In this document: piece after piece, positions 52,804-61,441 of the stretch
Layout of the letters: each line of letters starts with the position of its first letter
Numbering within the stretch: position 1 is the stretch's first letter
Assembly (NCBI GenBank): GCA_043799715.1
Contig: JAZDNM010000007.1
Span: 21,265-85,264 of the forward strand
DNA length: 64,000 bases
From: an archaeon
Lineage (GTDB): Archaea > Nanobdellota > Nanobdellia > Pacearchaeales > DTIR01
Direction: 5' to 3'
The notes under the pieces: model-generated
Seen by the model: the letters and a program-made list of their open reading frames with translations, nothing else
Told to the model about the DNA's origin: nothing
The model's database searches: none
Position numbers and translations under genes: made by a program

Positions 52804-54009
52804 TTATAAAGAGAAATCAGATATTCTTTTCTGGCTCCGGAAATTCCTGAGCAGAACGCTTCTGCCTGTGAACTCCTGAATATTAATCCTCATCCTTGCC
52901 TGCGCCGCCTGCAATGCCTCCTGCAGTGTTGGGAATTTTTCAGGAGCTCTTGTAAATGCATCCCTTGATGCTTCCCTTAATATGCCTACACCACAAGGCA
53001 TGTAATATTCCGGGCGGGCTTCTCTCAAGAAAATGCATGCTGCCTGCCTTCCCACTCCTGAAAGGTATTCTGAAACTGCAAGCTTATTTGCATAATAAGC
53101 CCCTGTAACCTCTGATGCATAATCCTTTCTTCCAAAAGTGTTCTCGTAATCCCTTGAGAAATAATTTCCTGAGCTGCCTTCAGCCCATAAACTTCCTGAC
53201 ATCCTTGCCTCTATAACCTCAAATTCAAACTGCGAAGGCAGAAGAATAATCTCATAATGGTTCCCAAGATACTCTGAATGAAAAAGCATTATGTCTGAAA
53301 TCCATGGCAGTGTTTTGACTTTTTCAAGAAGCATTTTTGAAATGCTGTCGTCAACAGCTGTCACAGCCCATCTTGAAGGAACAAGCTTTCTCTGCACTTT
53401 AACTCCGAGCAATCCCGCAGAAAGAACTTTTATTATGTTGCTAACGGCAATGTCTGATTTGTACAGCTCACGAACCGCCTCTGTTGCTTTTGCATCATAA
53501 TCTGAAGTCAGGTAGTCCACTTTTCTTTCAACTTGGGGATTTTCCTCAACTCTTACTGATGCAAGGGGAGCGGGATTGCCGACAACAGGCATATTCTTTG
53601 CTAAACTGAAGGAAACATTTGGCTTCTTTTTCAGCTTGAATTCTGTTGCCACAGGCTTGCTTGCAAGAGCTATTTCCTGCATAACTCCCAGAAACCTGCT
53701 GCCTTTTTTTATGTGGCTTTGGAATCTTGAGTAAATCATCTGGCTCCTGAACTTCATTATGTCCTCAATGCCTGCTTTTTCCCTGAACCAGATTTCGGGC
53801 ATGCTGAACTTTTCAGTGCGGCCATATTCATTAGGCGCAAGAATTCCTGTATAGACTTCAGGATAATTATATTTCCCGACAAATATTTCAGGGGCGCTTC
53901 CGGAAAACTGGAGCTTTATTTTTGGCTGCAGGTGCTTCAATGACGCAAGAATCCTGCATGACTTTCCGCACATTCCCTTGCCCCTGCACCTGTAACATAA
54001 TTCCCCCAT
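52804..54009 (-). CDS. Nre-family archaeal DNA repair protein (NreA-like)
   Basis: 401 aa with an N-terminal Cys cluster (CYRCRGKGMCGKSC). The overall pattern resembles DUF650/DUF651. A TTTAAATTC box sits at -29. Confidence 0.5.
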   Translation of the reverse strand: MGELCYRCRGKGMCGKSCRILASLKHLQPKIKLQFSGSAPEIFVGKYNYPEVYTGILAPNEYGRTEKFSMPEIWFREKAGIEDIMKFRSQMIYSRFQSHIKKGSRFLGVMQEIALASKPVATEFKLKKKPNVSFSLAKNMPVVGNPAPLASVRVEENPQVERKVDYLTSDYDAKATEAVRELYKSDIAVSNIIKVLSAGLLGVKVQRKLVPSRWAVTAVDDSISKMLLEKVKTLPWISDIMLFHSEYLGNHYEIILLPSQFEFEVIEARMSGSLWAEGSSGNYFSRDYENTFGRKDYASEVTGAYYANKLAVSEYLSGVGRQAACIFLREARPEYYMPCGVGILREASRDAFTRAPEKFPTLQEALQAAQARMRINIQEFTGRSVLLRNFRSQKRISDFSL

Positions 54010-54074
54010 AACAAAAAGAGGAAGAAAAAGAATTTAAATTTTTACAAATAATGCAAAAAAAATATAAATCCAAA

Positions 54075-54269
54075 TCAGCCCTTTATGTCGCTTATGCCAA
54101 GCATCAGGAAAAGCAGTCCGATAAGGATAACGCCAATTATCATTCCGCCTTCCAAGAAAAGGATTGCTGCTGCGCCCCATACAGGCATATTTATAGCAAC
54201 AACAATCGGCACAAGGACAAGCATCAAGCCAGCAAGCAACTCAAGCCATTTATTCATTTTTCCCTCCAT
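54075..54269 (-). CDS. Small two-TM membrane protein
   Basis: 64 aa and strongly hydrophobic, with a TATA-like box at -28. Confidence 0.45.
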   Translation of the reverse strand: MEGKMNKWLELLAGLMLVLVPIVVAINMPVWGAAAILFLEGGMIIGVILIGLLFLMLGISDIKG

Positions 54270-54359
54270 TATCTTATTGGGAGCAGAAATTTAAATATCT
54301 TTCCATTAGCAATCCAAACAAAGGAGAAGGTTTAAAAAATTGGCTTGCTATAAAAGAAT

Positions 54360-55052
54360 ATGCCAAGGGTTAAAGAAACACTGTTTATATTGCTGGCTGC
54401 TGCTGTATTGGGATATGTTACATCATTCCCTATGTTGTTTTATAGTACCTGGCTGAAATTCTCCGCAATTGCGCTGGGCATACTTCTTGTTAATATCCTT
54501 GCAAAAAAGGCGCTTGCATACAAGCTTGGCTGCGTGCTTGAAATCAAGCCATGGACTTTTGAAAGATACGGCTTTGGCAGGGCGCAGTATTTCGGAGTGC
54601 CTATTCCTGCATGGCTTCTCTGGCCTGTGCTTGTTGTCTGGGCGAGCCTTGGCAATGTGTGGTGGCTTGTTGTCTCAACATTTGAAGTGCATGCAACAAT
54701 GAGAAGAGTTGGCAGAAAGTTTGCAGAAGTCACTGAATGGGACATCTCGCTGATTGCCGCTCTTGGAATTATCGCAAACATAATCGCTGCGGTTATAGCC
54801 TATTCCCTTGGATACCAGCAGATTTCATTCATGAGCATGTGGTTCGTGTTCTTCAATATGCTGCCATTTCCGGCATATGATGGCGGCAGGATATTCTTTG
54901 GCAGCAGGATCTTCTGGGTGTTCATGTCCTCGTTAAGCCTTGCTGTTCTCATACTGCTGCATATTGAAGCCAGCGCGACAATCACAATAATCACTGCTGT
55001 TGTCTCGGCGATTATCGCCGCTGTTATTTTCTACAGCGTTAAAGAGAGATAA
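54360..55052 (+). CDS. Membrane protein with site-2-protease (M50)-like C-terminal motif but no HExxH
   Basis: FFNMLPFPAYDGGRIF resembles the NxxPxxxLDG motif. The position expected for HExxH reads ALAYKLGC. A TTTAAAAAA box sits at -29. Confidence 0.4.
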   Translation: MPRVKETLFILLAAAVLGYVTSFPMLFYSTWLKFSAIALGILLVNILAKKALAYKLGCVLEIKPWTFERYGFGRAQYFGVPIPAWLLWPVLVVWASLGNVWWLVVSTFEVHATMRRVGRKFAEVTEWDISLIAALGIIANIIAAVIAYSLGYQQISFMSMWFVFFNMLPFPAYDGGRIFFGSRIFWVFMSSLSLAVLILLHIEASATITIITAVVSAIIAAVIFYSVKER

Positions 55053-55090
55053 ATCGATTGTTATTTAAACAAGCAAATTTCTTTTTTCTC

Positions 55091-56632
55091 ATGCTGATTG
55101 CAATAAAGCCAAGGCAGTACCAGGAGGCAATATTGCAGACAGCGCTCAGGCACAATACTCTTGTTGTTCTGCCAACAGGAATAGGAAAAACGCTTATTGC
55201 TCTTATGCTTGCGATTGAAAGGCAGAAACTCGGGGGAAAAGTTCTTTTTCTTGCGCCTACAAGGCCGCTTGCTATGCAGCATCTTGAATATTTCAGCAAG
55301 CATCTTCCTGAACTTTATGCGGATATGCAGATTTTCACAGGAAAAATTGAGTCTGGAAACAGAAAAAAAATCTGGCAGACCGCAGATATCATCTTCTCAA
55401 CTCCGCAGTGCATTGCAAATGACATCAAAAATAATCTTTACACTCTTGAAGATGTTGTCCTTCTGATTGAGGATGAAGCGCACAGGTGCCTTAACAACTA
55501 TGACTATGTCTATGTTGCAGATGCATATGCAAAGCAGGCAAAAAAGCAGAGAATACTTGGGCTTACTGCAAGCCCAGGAAGCGAAACAGAAAAAATAAAT
55601 GAGATTTGTAAAAATCTTCATATAGGCGCAATAGAGGCAAGGACAAGGGACAGCGAAGATGTCAAGCAATATCTCCAGGAGCTGAAAACAGAAATTAAAA
55701 GAGTTGACTTGCCTGATTCATTTAAAGAAATATTAAAGGACCTGGAAATCATTTTCAGCAAGAAAGTTGAGGAGCTGAAAAACAGGAAGCTTCTTTTTTC
55801 GCAGGCAACAAAAAAAAGCCTTCTTGAACTGCAGGGCAGGATAATGAGGGCTATAGCCTCTGGCAACAAGCACTTCAACCTGCTCAAAGGGGCAAGCATC
55901 GGCGCACAGGCAATAAAGATTCAGCATGCACTTGAACTGGTAGAAACACAAGGCATCTCTCCATTGTACAATTATATGCAAAATCTGTTTGAGCAGGCAA
56001 GGCTGAAAAAGAGCAACGCAGCAGTGCAGCTTGTTAAGCAGCCGGAGTTCAACAGGGCTCATATAAAAACTTCAGAGCTTCTCGCGCTGAATATTGAGCA
56101 TCCAAAATTAAATGCATTAAAAGAGGAGATTGAAAAGGCAATCAGGGAAAATAGCAAGGCAAGAATTATAGTATTTTCTCAGTATAGAGACACGATAATG
56201 ATGATTTGTAAAGAGCTGAACAAGATTCAGGGAGTAAACGCAAAGGTGTTTATCGGGCAGGCAAGAAGGGATGAGGGCGGCTTGACGCAGAAAGAGCAGC
56301 AGGAGATAATTTCTGAATTTAAAAAAGGAAATGTCAACATAATTGTCGCAAGTTCAATAGGGGAGGAAGGGCTGGATCTGCCTGAAGTAAATGCTGTTAT
56401 TTTTTACGAGCCAATACCCTCTGCAATAAGGAAAATACAAAGGCAGGGAAGAACAGCAAGATTAATGCCCGGAAAGCTTGTTATACTGCTGACAAGAGAC
56501 ACGAGAGACGAATCATACCACTATGCCTCACTTGCAAAAGAAAAAAAGATGCACAGCATATTGAAAGATATGGCTGATAACTTCAACAAAAAGGCAAAGA
56601 AACAACAGCAGTCCCTCGGGAGTTTTGTATAG
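55091..56632 (+). CDS. Hef/FANCM-family SF2 helicase (helicase domains only, no ERCC4 nuclease domain)
   Basis: PRQYQEAI...LPTGIGKT, DEAH, SEFKKGNVNIIVASSIGEEGLDLPE and QRQGRTAR. A TATTTAAAC box sits at -29 relative to the ATG at 55091. Confidence 0.8.
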   Translation: MLIAIKPRQYQEAILQTALRHNTLVVLPTGIGKTLIALMLAIERQKLGGKVLFLAPTRPLAMQHLEYFSKHLPELYADMQIFTGKIESGNRKKIWQTADIIFSTPQCIANDIKNNLYTLEDVVLLIEDEAHRCLNNYDYVYVADAYAKQAKKQRILGLTASPGSETEKINEICKNLHIGAIEARTRDSEDVKQYLQELKTEIKRVDLPDSFKEILKDLEIIFSKKVEELKNRKLLFSQATKKSLLELQGRIMRAIASGNKHFNLLKGASIGAQAIKIQHALELVETQGISPLYNYMQNLFEQARLKKSNAAVQLVKQPEFNRAHIKTSELLALNIEHPKLNALKEEIEKAIRENSKARIIVFSQYRDTIMMICKELNKIQGVNAKVFIGQARRDEGGLTQKEQQEIISEFKKGNVNIIVASSIGEEGLDLPEVNAVIFYEPIPSAIRKIQRQGRTARLMPGKLVILLTRDTRDESYHYASLAKEKKMHSILKDMADNFNKKAKKQQQSLGSFV

Positions 56633-56704
56633 TATGCATTGCATTACCTATCAAAGCTTCCAGCAGTTTAAAAAGGAATTAGAAGAAATAATCTGCCTGC
56701 AGCT

Positions 56705-56977
56705 TTAAAGCCCGAATGTCTCCTGGAATTCAGTCAGTTTCTTCAGCTTTTCCATGAACTCCTCGCCTCTCGGCTTTAGAAGTAGGTAGATATTTTTTTC
56801 CTGTTTTGTCTCAAGCACCATCTCTTTTGTGATGAGCTCCTCAAGATAAGACTTCATCAGCTTGTGGGACAAATTAACCTTGTACATCAAATGGGTTTGC
56901 TTTATTCTCCCCCGCTTGTCCTTGATTGTCCTGAGAATGTCGTTTATTATCTCTATCTTGTTTCTTTTTTTTGCCAT
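56705..56977 (-). CDS. Small winged-helix transcription regulator
   Basis: About 90 aa from MAKKRNKIEIINDILRTIKDKRGRIKQTHLMYKVNLSHKLMKSYLEEL. Confidence 0.55.
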   Translation of the reverse strand: MAKKRNKIEIINDILRTIKDKRGRIKQTHLMYKVNLSHKLMKSYLEELITKEMVLETKQEKNIYLLLKPRGEEFMEKLKKLTEFQETFGL

Positions 56978-56984
56978 TTTCAGA

Positions 56985-57698
56985 TTATCTCTTTCCTGTA
57001 AGGGTGTAATACTCGTAGAGCAGAATGAAGAAGCCAGCAAGCTGGAAAAGTTCAGCTATGACATATGCTGACAAGCCGACAAGCGCAAAGATGAATGCCA
57101 TCTGGCTGAGGCACATCAATGCAAAGCTCAGGAAAATCCTAAATGACGAGCTTTTCTTCTTCCTTATGTAAATCCGATAATAAAAATAGGAGATGTATGC
57201 CAGGAACAGCGCAGCTGTGATGTGGAAAAGAGGATAAAGTTCAAGGATGAAATAGGAAGTGACAGCAGCAAAAATGCTTGTGAATGAGACTGCGGATATG
57301 AAATAGAGCAGGATTATCATCTTGTTCTTTTCCCTTGACTTGCCTATAATCCAGAAAATTCCAAGAAGCCCGCAAAGCATAAGGAATCTGTAAGCAAGGT
57401 TCCCTGCTGCATAAACAAGATTGGTGTTGCCAAGAATATAATATTTCACAAGGAAATAATCCACTGTGCTCTTTCTCAGCTCGGGAAAATAAAGCAATAG
57501 ATTTGTTATAACTTTAGCAAAAAAAGCCAGGGCAATCATAAGGAAGCTCAGGCTGAAATATTTGTGGGTTGATTTTTTTGTGAACTGATAAAGCCTGCGC
57601 GCAAAAAAAGCAAGCAGCAGTGCAGCGAGGATTGCGATTGACTCAAATATTGCGTCTATGCCCCAGAACCATCTTGGGCTGAATAACACGTTGACCAT
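56985..57698 (-). CDS. Hypothetical polytopic membrane protein
   Basis: 237 aa with about seven TM helices. A TTTTTAAAA box sits at -29. Confidence 0.6.
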   Translation of the reverse strand: MVNVLFSPRWFWGIDAIFESIAILAALLLAFFARRLYQFTKKSTHKYFSLSFLMIALAFFAKVITNLLLYFPELRKSTVDYFLVKYYILGNTNLVYAAGNLAYRFLMLCGLLGIFWIIGKSREKNKMIILLYFISAVSFTSIFAAVTSYFILELYPLFHITAALFLAYISYFYYRIYIRKKKSSSFRIFLSFALMCLSQMAFIFALVGLSAYVIAELFQLAGFFILLYEYYTLTGKR

Positions 57699-57744
57699 AA
57701 GTTATTCAGGCTTGCAGATTTTAAAAAGGCTTTGGTTTTTTTGT

Positions 57745-57867
57745 GGTTCTGATATGGAAAAGAGGCTGTGGATGTCTGGAAAGAGGCTGCTGGAGGTATC
57801 GGAACCCGCAGAGGTTCTGATAGGGGGATAGGAGTTATCGGAAACAGCCGGACAGGCTGGTTCTGAT
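57745..57867 (+). repeat. Tandem copies of the GGAGGTATCGGAACC...GGTTCTGAT hairpin module plus GGAAAGAGGCTG direct repeats
   Basis: Full copies lie at 57792-57821 and 57831-57867, and a half copy at 57745-57753. ggaaa(a)gaggctg occurs twice (57755-57769 and 57777-57790). Confidence 0.7.
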
Positions 57868-58056
57868 AACCTATGGAACATTGTTCTGTTCAATGCTTTC
57901 ACAATTATTTAAAAAGGGGTTTTCCTGGAGAAATCAGCATATTCGATGCTGGCTGGTTAGGGGGTTATGGAAAGGGTTAACCTCTTTTTCCCTGGACATA
58001 ACCTCTCTAATTCTTTTTATCATTAGATTTTTATATTGGTTTTTCCTGTTCAAAAA

Positions 58057-58701
58057 ATGAAAAGCTATGACGCAATAATCTTTGATTTGGATGGCACACT
58101 GATTGACTCGCTGCCTTATCATTTTCTTGCATTCAGGGATTTGCTTCTGGAGCATAATATAAGGATTAATGACATTTTTCTCAAAAAGATGATAGGAATG
58201 CCCACTTCAACAATACTAAAAAAGCTTAAGGCAAGATACAGCTTCAGGGAAAATGTGCAGGACTTGCGCGAGGAAAGAAGATACCATTATTTCAAGTTTC
58301 TCGGGCAAAGAAACATTGTTTTTCCGGGAGTCAAGGCCACGTTAAAAAAGCTGAGGTTCAACTTCAAAATAGCAGTTGCGACAGGCTCAAGCAAAGTGAT
58401 TTTTCTGCATTCAACAGACAAGGACTTTCAGGAGATGTTTGACTTTGTCGCCACAATAAATGATGTCAAAAAAGGGAAGCCGTACCCAGAGCAGTTCCTT
58501 TTTACAGCAAAAAAGCTCAGAGCAGCTCCAGACAGGTGCCTTGTTATCGGAGATTCAATATATGATGCAATTGCTGCAAAAAGAGCAGGGATGGACTTCA
58601 TAGGAGTGCTTTCTGGCTATAACAAAAAATCCGAATTATTCAAAGAAGGGGCGATAAAAACAATAAAATCTGCAAATGAGCTTGTCAGAATCCTTGGATA
58701 A
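58057..58701 (+). CDS. HAD-superfamily hydrolase (phosphatase / beta-phosphoglucomutase-like)
   Basis: AIIFDLDGTLIDS, VATGSS and VIGDSIYDAIAAKRAG. A TTTTTATAT box sits at -29 relative to the ATG at 58057. Confidence 0.85.
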   Translation: MKSYDAIIFDLDGTLIDSLPYHFLAFRDLLLEHNIRINDIFLKKMIGMPTSTILKKLKARYSFRENVQDLREERRYHYFKFLGQRNIVFPGVKATLKKLRFNFKIAVATGSSKVIFLHSTDKDFQEMFDFVATINDVKKGKPYPEQFLFTAKKLRAAPDRCLVIGDSIYDAIAAKRAGMDFIGVLSGYNKKSELFKEGAIKTIKSANELVRILG

Positions 58702-58738
58702 TTTTCTTCTAAGATTTTTAGTCCAATATCCAAAATAA

Positions 58739-59575
58739 TTATTGCGAATTCAGAGAGTCAAGAGGCGATTTTACTTTCCTCAATTCCTCTGATGAAATAT
58801 GAGTGTAAATCTGCGTTGTGCTCAAGTCAGCGTGCCCGAGCAATTCCTGAATTTTTCTTATGTCTGTGCCTGACTCAAGCAAATGTGTTGCAAATGAATG
58901 TCTCAATGTATGCGGCATAACTCTCTTGCCTATGCCTGCTTTCAACGCAGCTTTCTTGACTATTTTCTCTATGTTCCTTGTGGAGAGCATTCCTTTTGGC
59001 CCTGTGAAAAGCAGCTCTGCATTTTTATTTTTCTGCGCTTCAGCTTGCTGCCTGAGCTCCTCTGAAATTGATGCGGGGATATTGAAAAATCTGTCTTTTT
59101 TGCCTTTTGCCTGCCTGATATGCCCGGTTTTCTCATTGAAATCTATATCATTTATTTTAAGGCCGACAATCTCTGAAACCCTGAAGCCGCAGGCATATAT
59201 CATGCTTATCATCATCCTGCTCTTGGTGTTATTTATTGATGAAATCAGCTTCCGGACTTCGTCTATTGTAAGAACAATTGGAATGCGCTTCTCCCTTTTC
59301 GGCCTTTTTATCCCCGCTGTAATGTCCTTTCCAAGAATGTTGAAATACGCGTATTTCAGCGCAGAGAGAAACAGGATTGTGGTTGATGATGATTTATCCG
59401 CGAGTTTCTCTGCCATGAAAAACTTGACATCATCTTCCCTGATTTCATCTGGATTTTTCTTTGTGAAATCAATAATTGAAGAGTTAAAAAAAAGATAATT
59501 CCTTATTGTGTACCCGGAATTCTTGGAAATTTTCAGTTCTGTTTCAAGTTTCTTGAGAAATTCCTCTTTGTTCAT
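58739..59575 (-). CDS. xerA: Tyrosine recombinase XerA (XerC/D-like)
   Basis: ACGFRVSE...HTLRHSFATHLLESGTDIRKIQELLGHADLSTTQIYTH. Confidence 0.9.
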   Translation of the reverse strand: MNKEEFLKKLETELKISKNSGYTIRNYLFFNSSIIDFTKKNPDEIREDDVKFFMAEKLADKSSSTTILFLSALKYAYFNILGKDITAGIKRPKREKRIPIVLTIDEVRKLISSINNTKSRMMISMIYACGFRVSEIVGLKINDIDFNEKTGHIRQAKGKKDRFFNIPASISEELRQQAEAQKNKNAELLFTGPKGMLSTRNIEKIVKKAALKAGIGKRVMPHTLRHSFATHLLESGTDIRKIQELLGHADLSTTQIYTHISSEELRKVKSPLDSLNSQ

Positions 59576-59604
59576 TAGGGCAGTTGTGCGAACTTACTTA
59601 TAAA

Positions 59605-60003
59605 TTATTGGTCATAACCTAATGCAATCATCTCGTATGTAATCTTCTTATGATCAATATTAAGCTTAAGATGGTTGTGCCTGGCTAGAGTCTCAAGCTG
59701 TTTTGGAGTCAGCAAAACAGAGTTTATGCTTGCATTGTTCAAAGTCATGCCGTCAACATTGAAAATATTTCTTGCAAAGGTGGGGTCGTAGCCCCTTAGT
59801 TCAGAAGGAAGCATGCCTAAGCAGTGTTTTTCAAGATTGTCTCTTATATCAAGGGCAAGATACAAACTGCATCTGCCTATATCCTTCATCAAAGCATCCC
59901 CAATATAAAGGCAGTCAATCTCATAGTTTGCGGCAAGGAAATCGGTGATAGAATCAAATCTATGCTTTGTTTCTATCCTCTGGGAGATCTCTTTATTGCC
60001 CAT
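59605..60003 (-). CDS. Hypothetical protein
   Basis: 132-aa ORF with no recognisable motif. Confidence 0.45.
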   Translation of the reverse strand: MGNKEISQRIETKHRFDSITDFLAANYEIDCLYIGDALMKDIGRCSLYLALDIRDNLEKHCLGMLPSELRGYDPTFARNIFNVDGMTLNNASINSVLLTPKQLETLARHNHLKLNIDHKKITYEMIALGYDQ

Positions 60004-60063
60004 TTTATGCTTAAATCCTAGATGTAAATATTTTTATAGTTTGCTGCCTGCAGATAATTGAAA

Positions 60064-60330
60064 ATGCCCTATATAAAACAGGATGAAAGAAAGCAATATG
60101 AAAAGTTTATAGGGGATATCATCCAAATCCTGAAAAAAGTTCCGGCAGAGCAGCAGGATGGGGCATTAAACTATATTGTAAGCAAGATTTTACTGGGTGT
60201 TTATGAGCCGAGATATTTTAATTTTAACAGGGCTGTTGGTGTTCTGGAATGCATAAAGCAGGAATTTTACAGGAGATTTGTTGCGGGATATGAGGATAAG
60301 AAGATAAAGGAAAACGGGGATATCACATGA
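60064..60330 (+). CDS. Hypothetical protein
   Basis: 88 aa from the first ATG (MPYIKQDERKQYEKF...). The ORF-track start at 60058 is TTG. Confidence 0.45.
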   Translation: MPYIKQDERKQYEKFIGDIIQILKKVPAEQQDGALNYIVSKILLGVYEPRYFNFNRAVGVLECIKQEFYRRFVAGYEDKKIKENGDIT

Positions 60331-60381
60331 GAACAGCGAATAAGATAGATTTATAAAGTAAACAAATTAGTGAGAATAAAC

Positions 60382-60403
60382 GTAAAGGAAAGCTTTCCTT
60401 TAC
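60382..60403 (+). promoter_or_regulatory. Perfect 22-nt palindrome in the leader of the RGG/zinc-ribbon gene
   Basis: gtaaaggaaagctttcctttac equals its own reverse complement. It lies 22 nt upstream of the ATG and is followed by the AGGAGG Shine-Dalgarno. Confidence 0.5.
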
Positions 60404-60425
60404 AAAAATACAACCAGGAGGAAAA

Positions 60426-60614
60426 ATGGGAAATTTTAACAGGGGCGGCGGCGGATTCGGCAGAAGTGGCGGATTCAGGCGTGATTTTGGCCCTAGAGAA
60501 ATGCACAAGGCAGTTTGCTCTGAATGCAAGAAGGAATGCGAAGTTCCATTCAAGCCTACAGAAGGCAAGCCTGTTTTCTGCAGAGAATGCTACGCTAAGA
60601 AGAAAGGATTCTAA
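60426..60614 (+). CDS. Small RGG-box plus CxxC...CxxC zinc-ribbon protein (putative nucleic-acid binding)
   Basis: MGNFNRGGGGFGRSGGFRRDFG...CSECKKECEVPFKPTEGKPVFCRECY, with a strong Shine-Dalgarno. Confidence 0.7.
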   Translation: MGNFNRGGGGFGRSGGFRRDFGPREMHKAVCSECKKECEVPFKPTEGKPVFCRECYAKKKGF

Positions 60615-60685
60615 GCTCTTCTTTTTGGCAGAGTATATTTTATTTTTATTTTTTATTTTTTAAAACTTAATCAAGTGTCCTGAAA

Positions 60686-61336
60686 ATGGCTAAAAGCAGA
60701 AGGATAATGCTGGCAGTATCTTTAACAATAGTGCTTGTTTCTTTTTTGGCTTCTATTTTGCTGTATAATTCCCTTCCTGCGATTATGATATCCCATTGGG
60801 ATTCTGTTGGAAATGCCAATGGGTATATGCCAAAGTTCTGGGCGGCTTTTCTTGTGCCTTTTATCTCGCTTTTTTTGCTGTTATTGTTTATTCTCCTGCC
60901 AAAAATAGACCCTTTAAGGAAGAATATAGAAAAATTCAGAGCAGATTACAATAAACTTATCATTTTGCTTATGATTTTCATGCTTTACATTCATATCCTC
61001 ACACTACTTCTAAATAGGGGATATGAATTCAACATTGTTTCAATGATGCTTCCTTCTCTGGGGATTTTATTCTATTATACCGGCATATTAATACAGAATT
61101 CAAAAAGAAACTGGACCATAGGCATAAGAACTCAATGGACATTAAGCAGTGAAAGGGTTTGGAACAGGACAAACCGGCTTGGGGGGAAACTTTTCAAGAT
61201 ATCGGGGATTCTTGCAATTGTTGGTTTTTTATCTGGGAAATATGCAATTTTCCTTGTAATTGTGCCTGTGATTCTATCAGCAATCTTCCTTATCATTTAC
61301 TCTTATCTTCTTTACAGGAAGGAAAAGAAACACTAG
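60686..61336 (+). CDS. SdpI/YhfL-family membrane protein (DUF1648 plus SdpI-like)
   Basis: HWDSVGNANGYMPKFW and NWTIGIRTQWTLSSERVWNRTNR. A TTTTTAAAA box sits at -29. Confidence 0.5.
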   Translation: MAKSRRIMLAVSLTIVLVSFLASILLYNSLPAIMISHWDSVGNANGYMPKFWAAFLVPFISLFLLLLFILLPKIDPLRKNIEKFRADYNKLIILLMIFMLYIHILTLLLNRGYEFNIVSMMLPSLGILFYYTGILIQNSKRNWTIGIRTQWTLSSERVWNRTNRLGGKLFKISGILAIVGFLSGKYAIFLVIVPVILSAIFLIIYSYLLYRKEKKH

Positions 61337-61441
61337 ATTTGTTAAATGAAACGCAAAGGCTTATAAAGCAGGAATTCGGAATTTCTATAACAAGAGACTG
61401 ATGATTTATAAGAAAAAGCGCGTCTTTTTCTTTGAGGAATT

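Noticed and set aside
57702-57902. 66-aa minus-strand ORF in the repeat-filled gap
   Set aside because: Its composition is implausible, it overlaps the flanking promoter, and it is made up of the hairpin repeats.
57700-58035. Possible SRP RNA or RNase P RNA, considered because srp54 and ftsY are in the window
   Set aside because: I could not find the conserved helix-8 GNAR/AGCA features of SRP RNA or the GGAAAGTCC-type CR-I of RNase P RNA.
60370-60663. 97-aa ORF overlapping the RGG/zinc-ribbon gene in another frame
   Set aside because: The 62-aa frame has the Shine-Dalgarno, the zinc-ribbon logic and the RGG tract. The longer frame begins inside the palindrome and has no signal.
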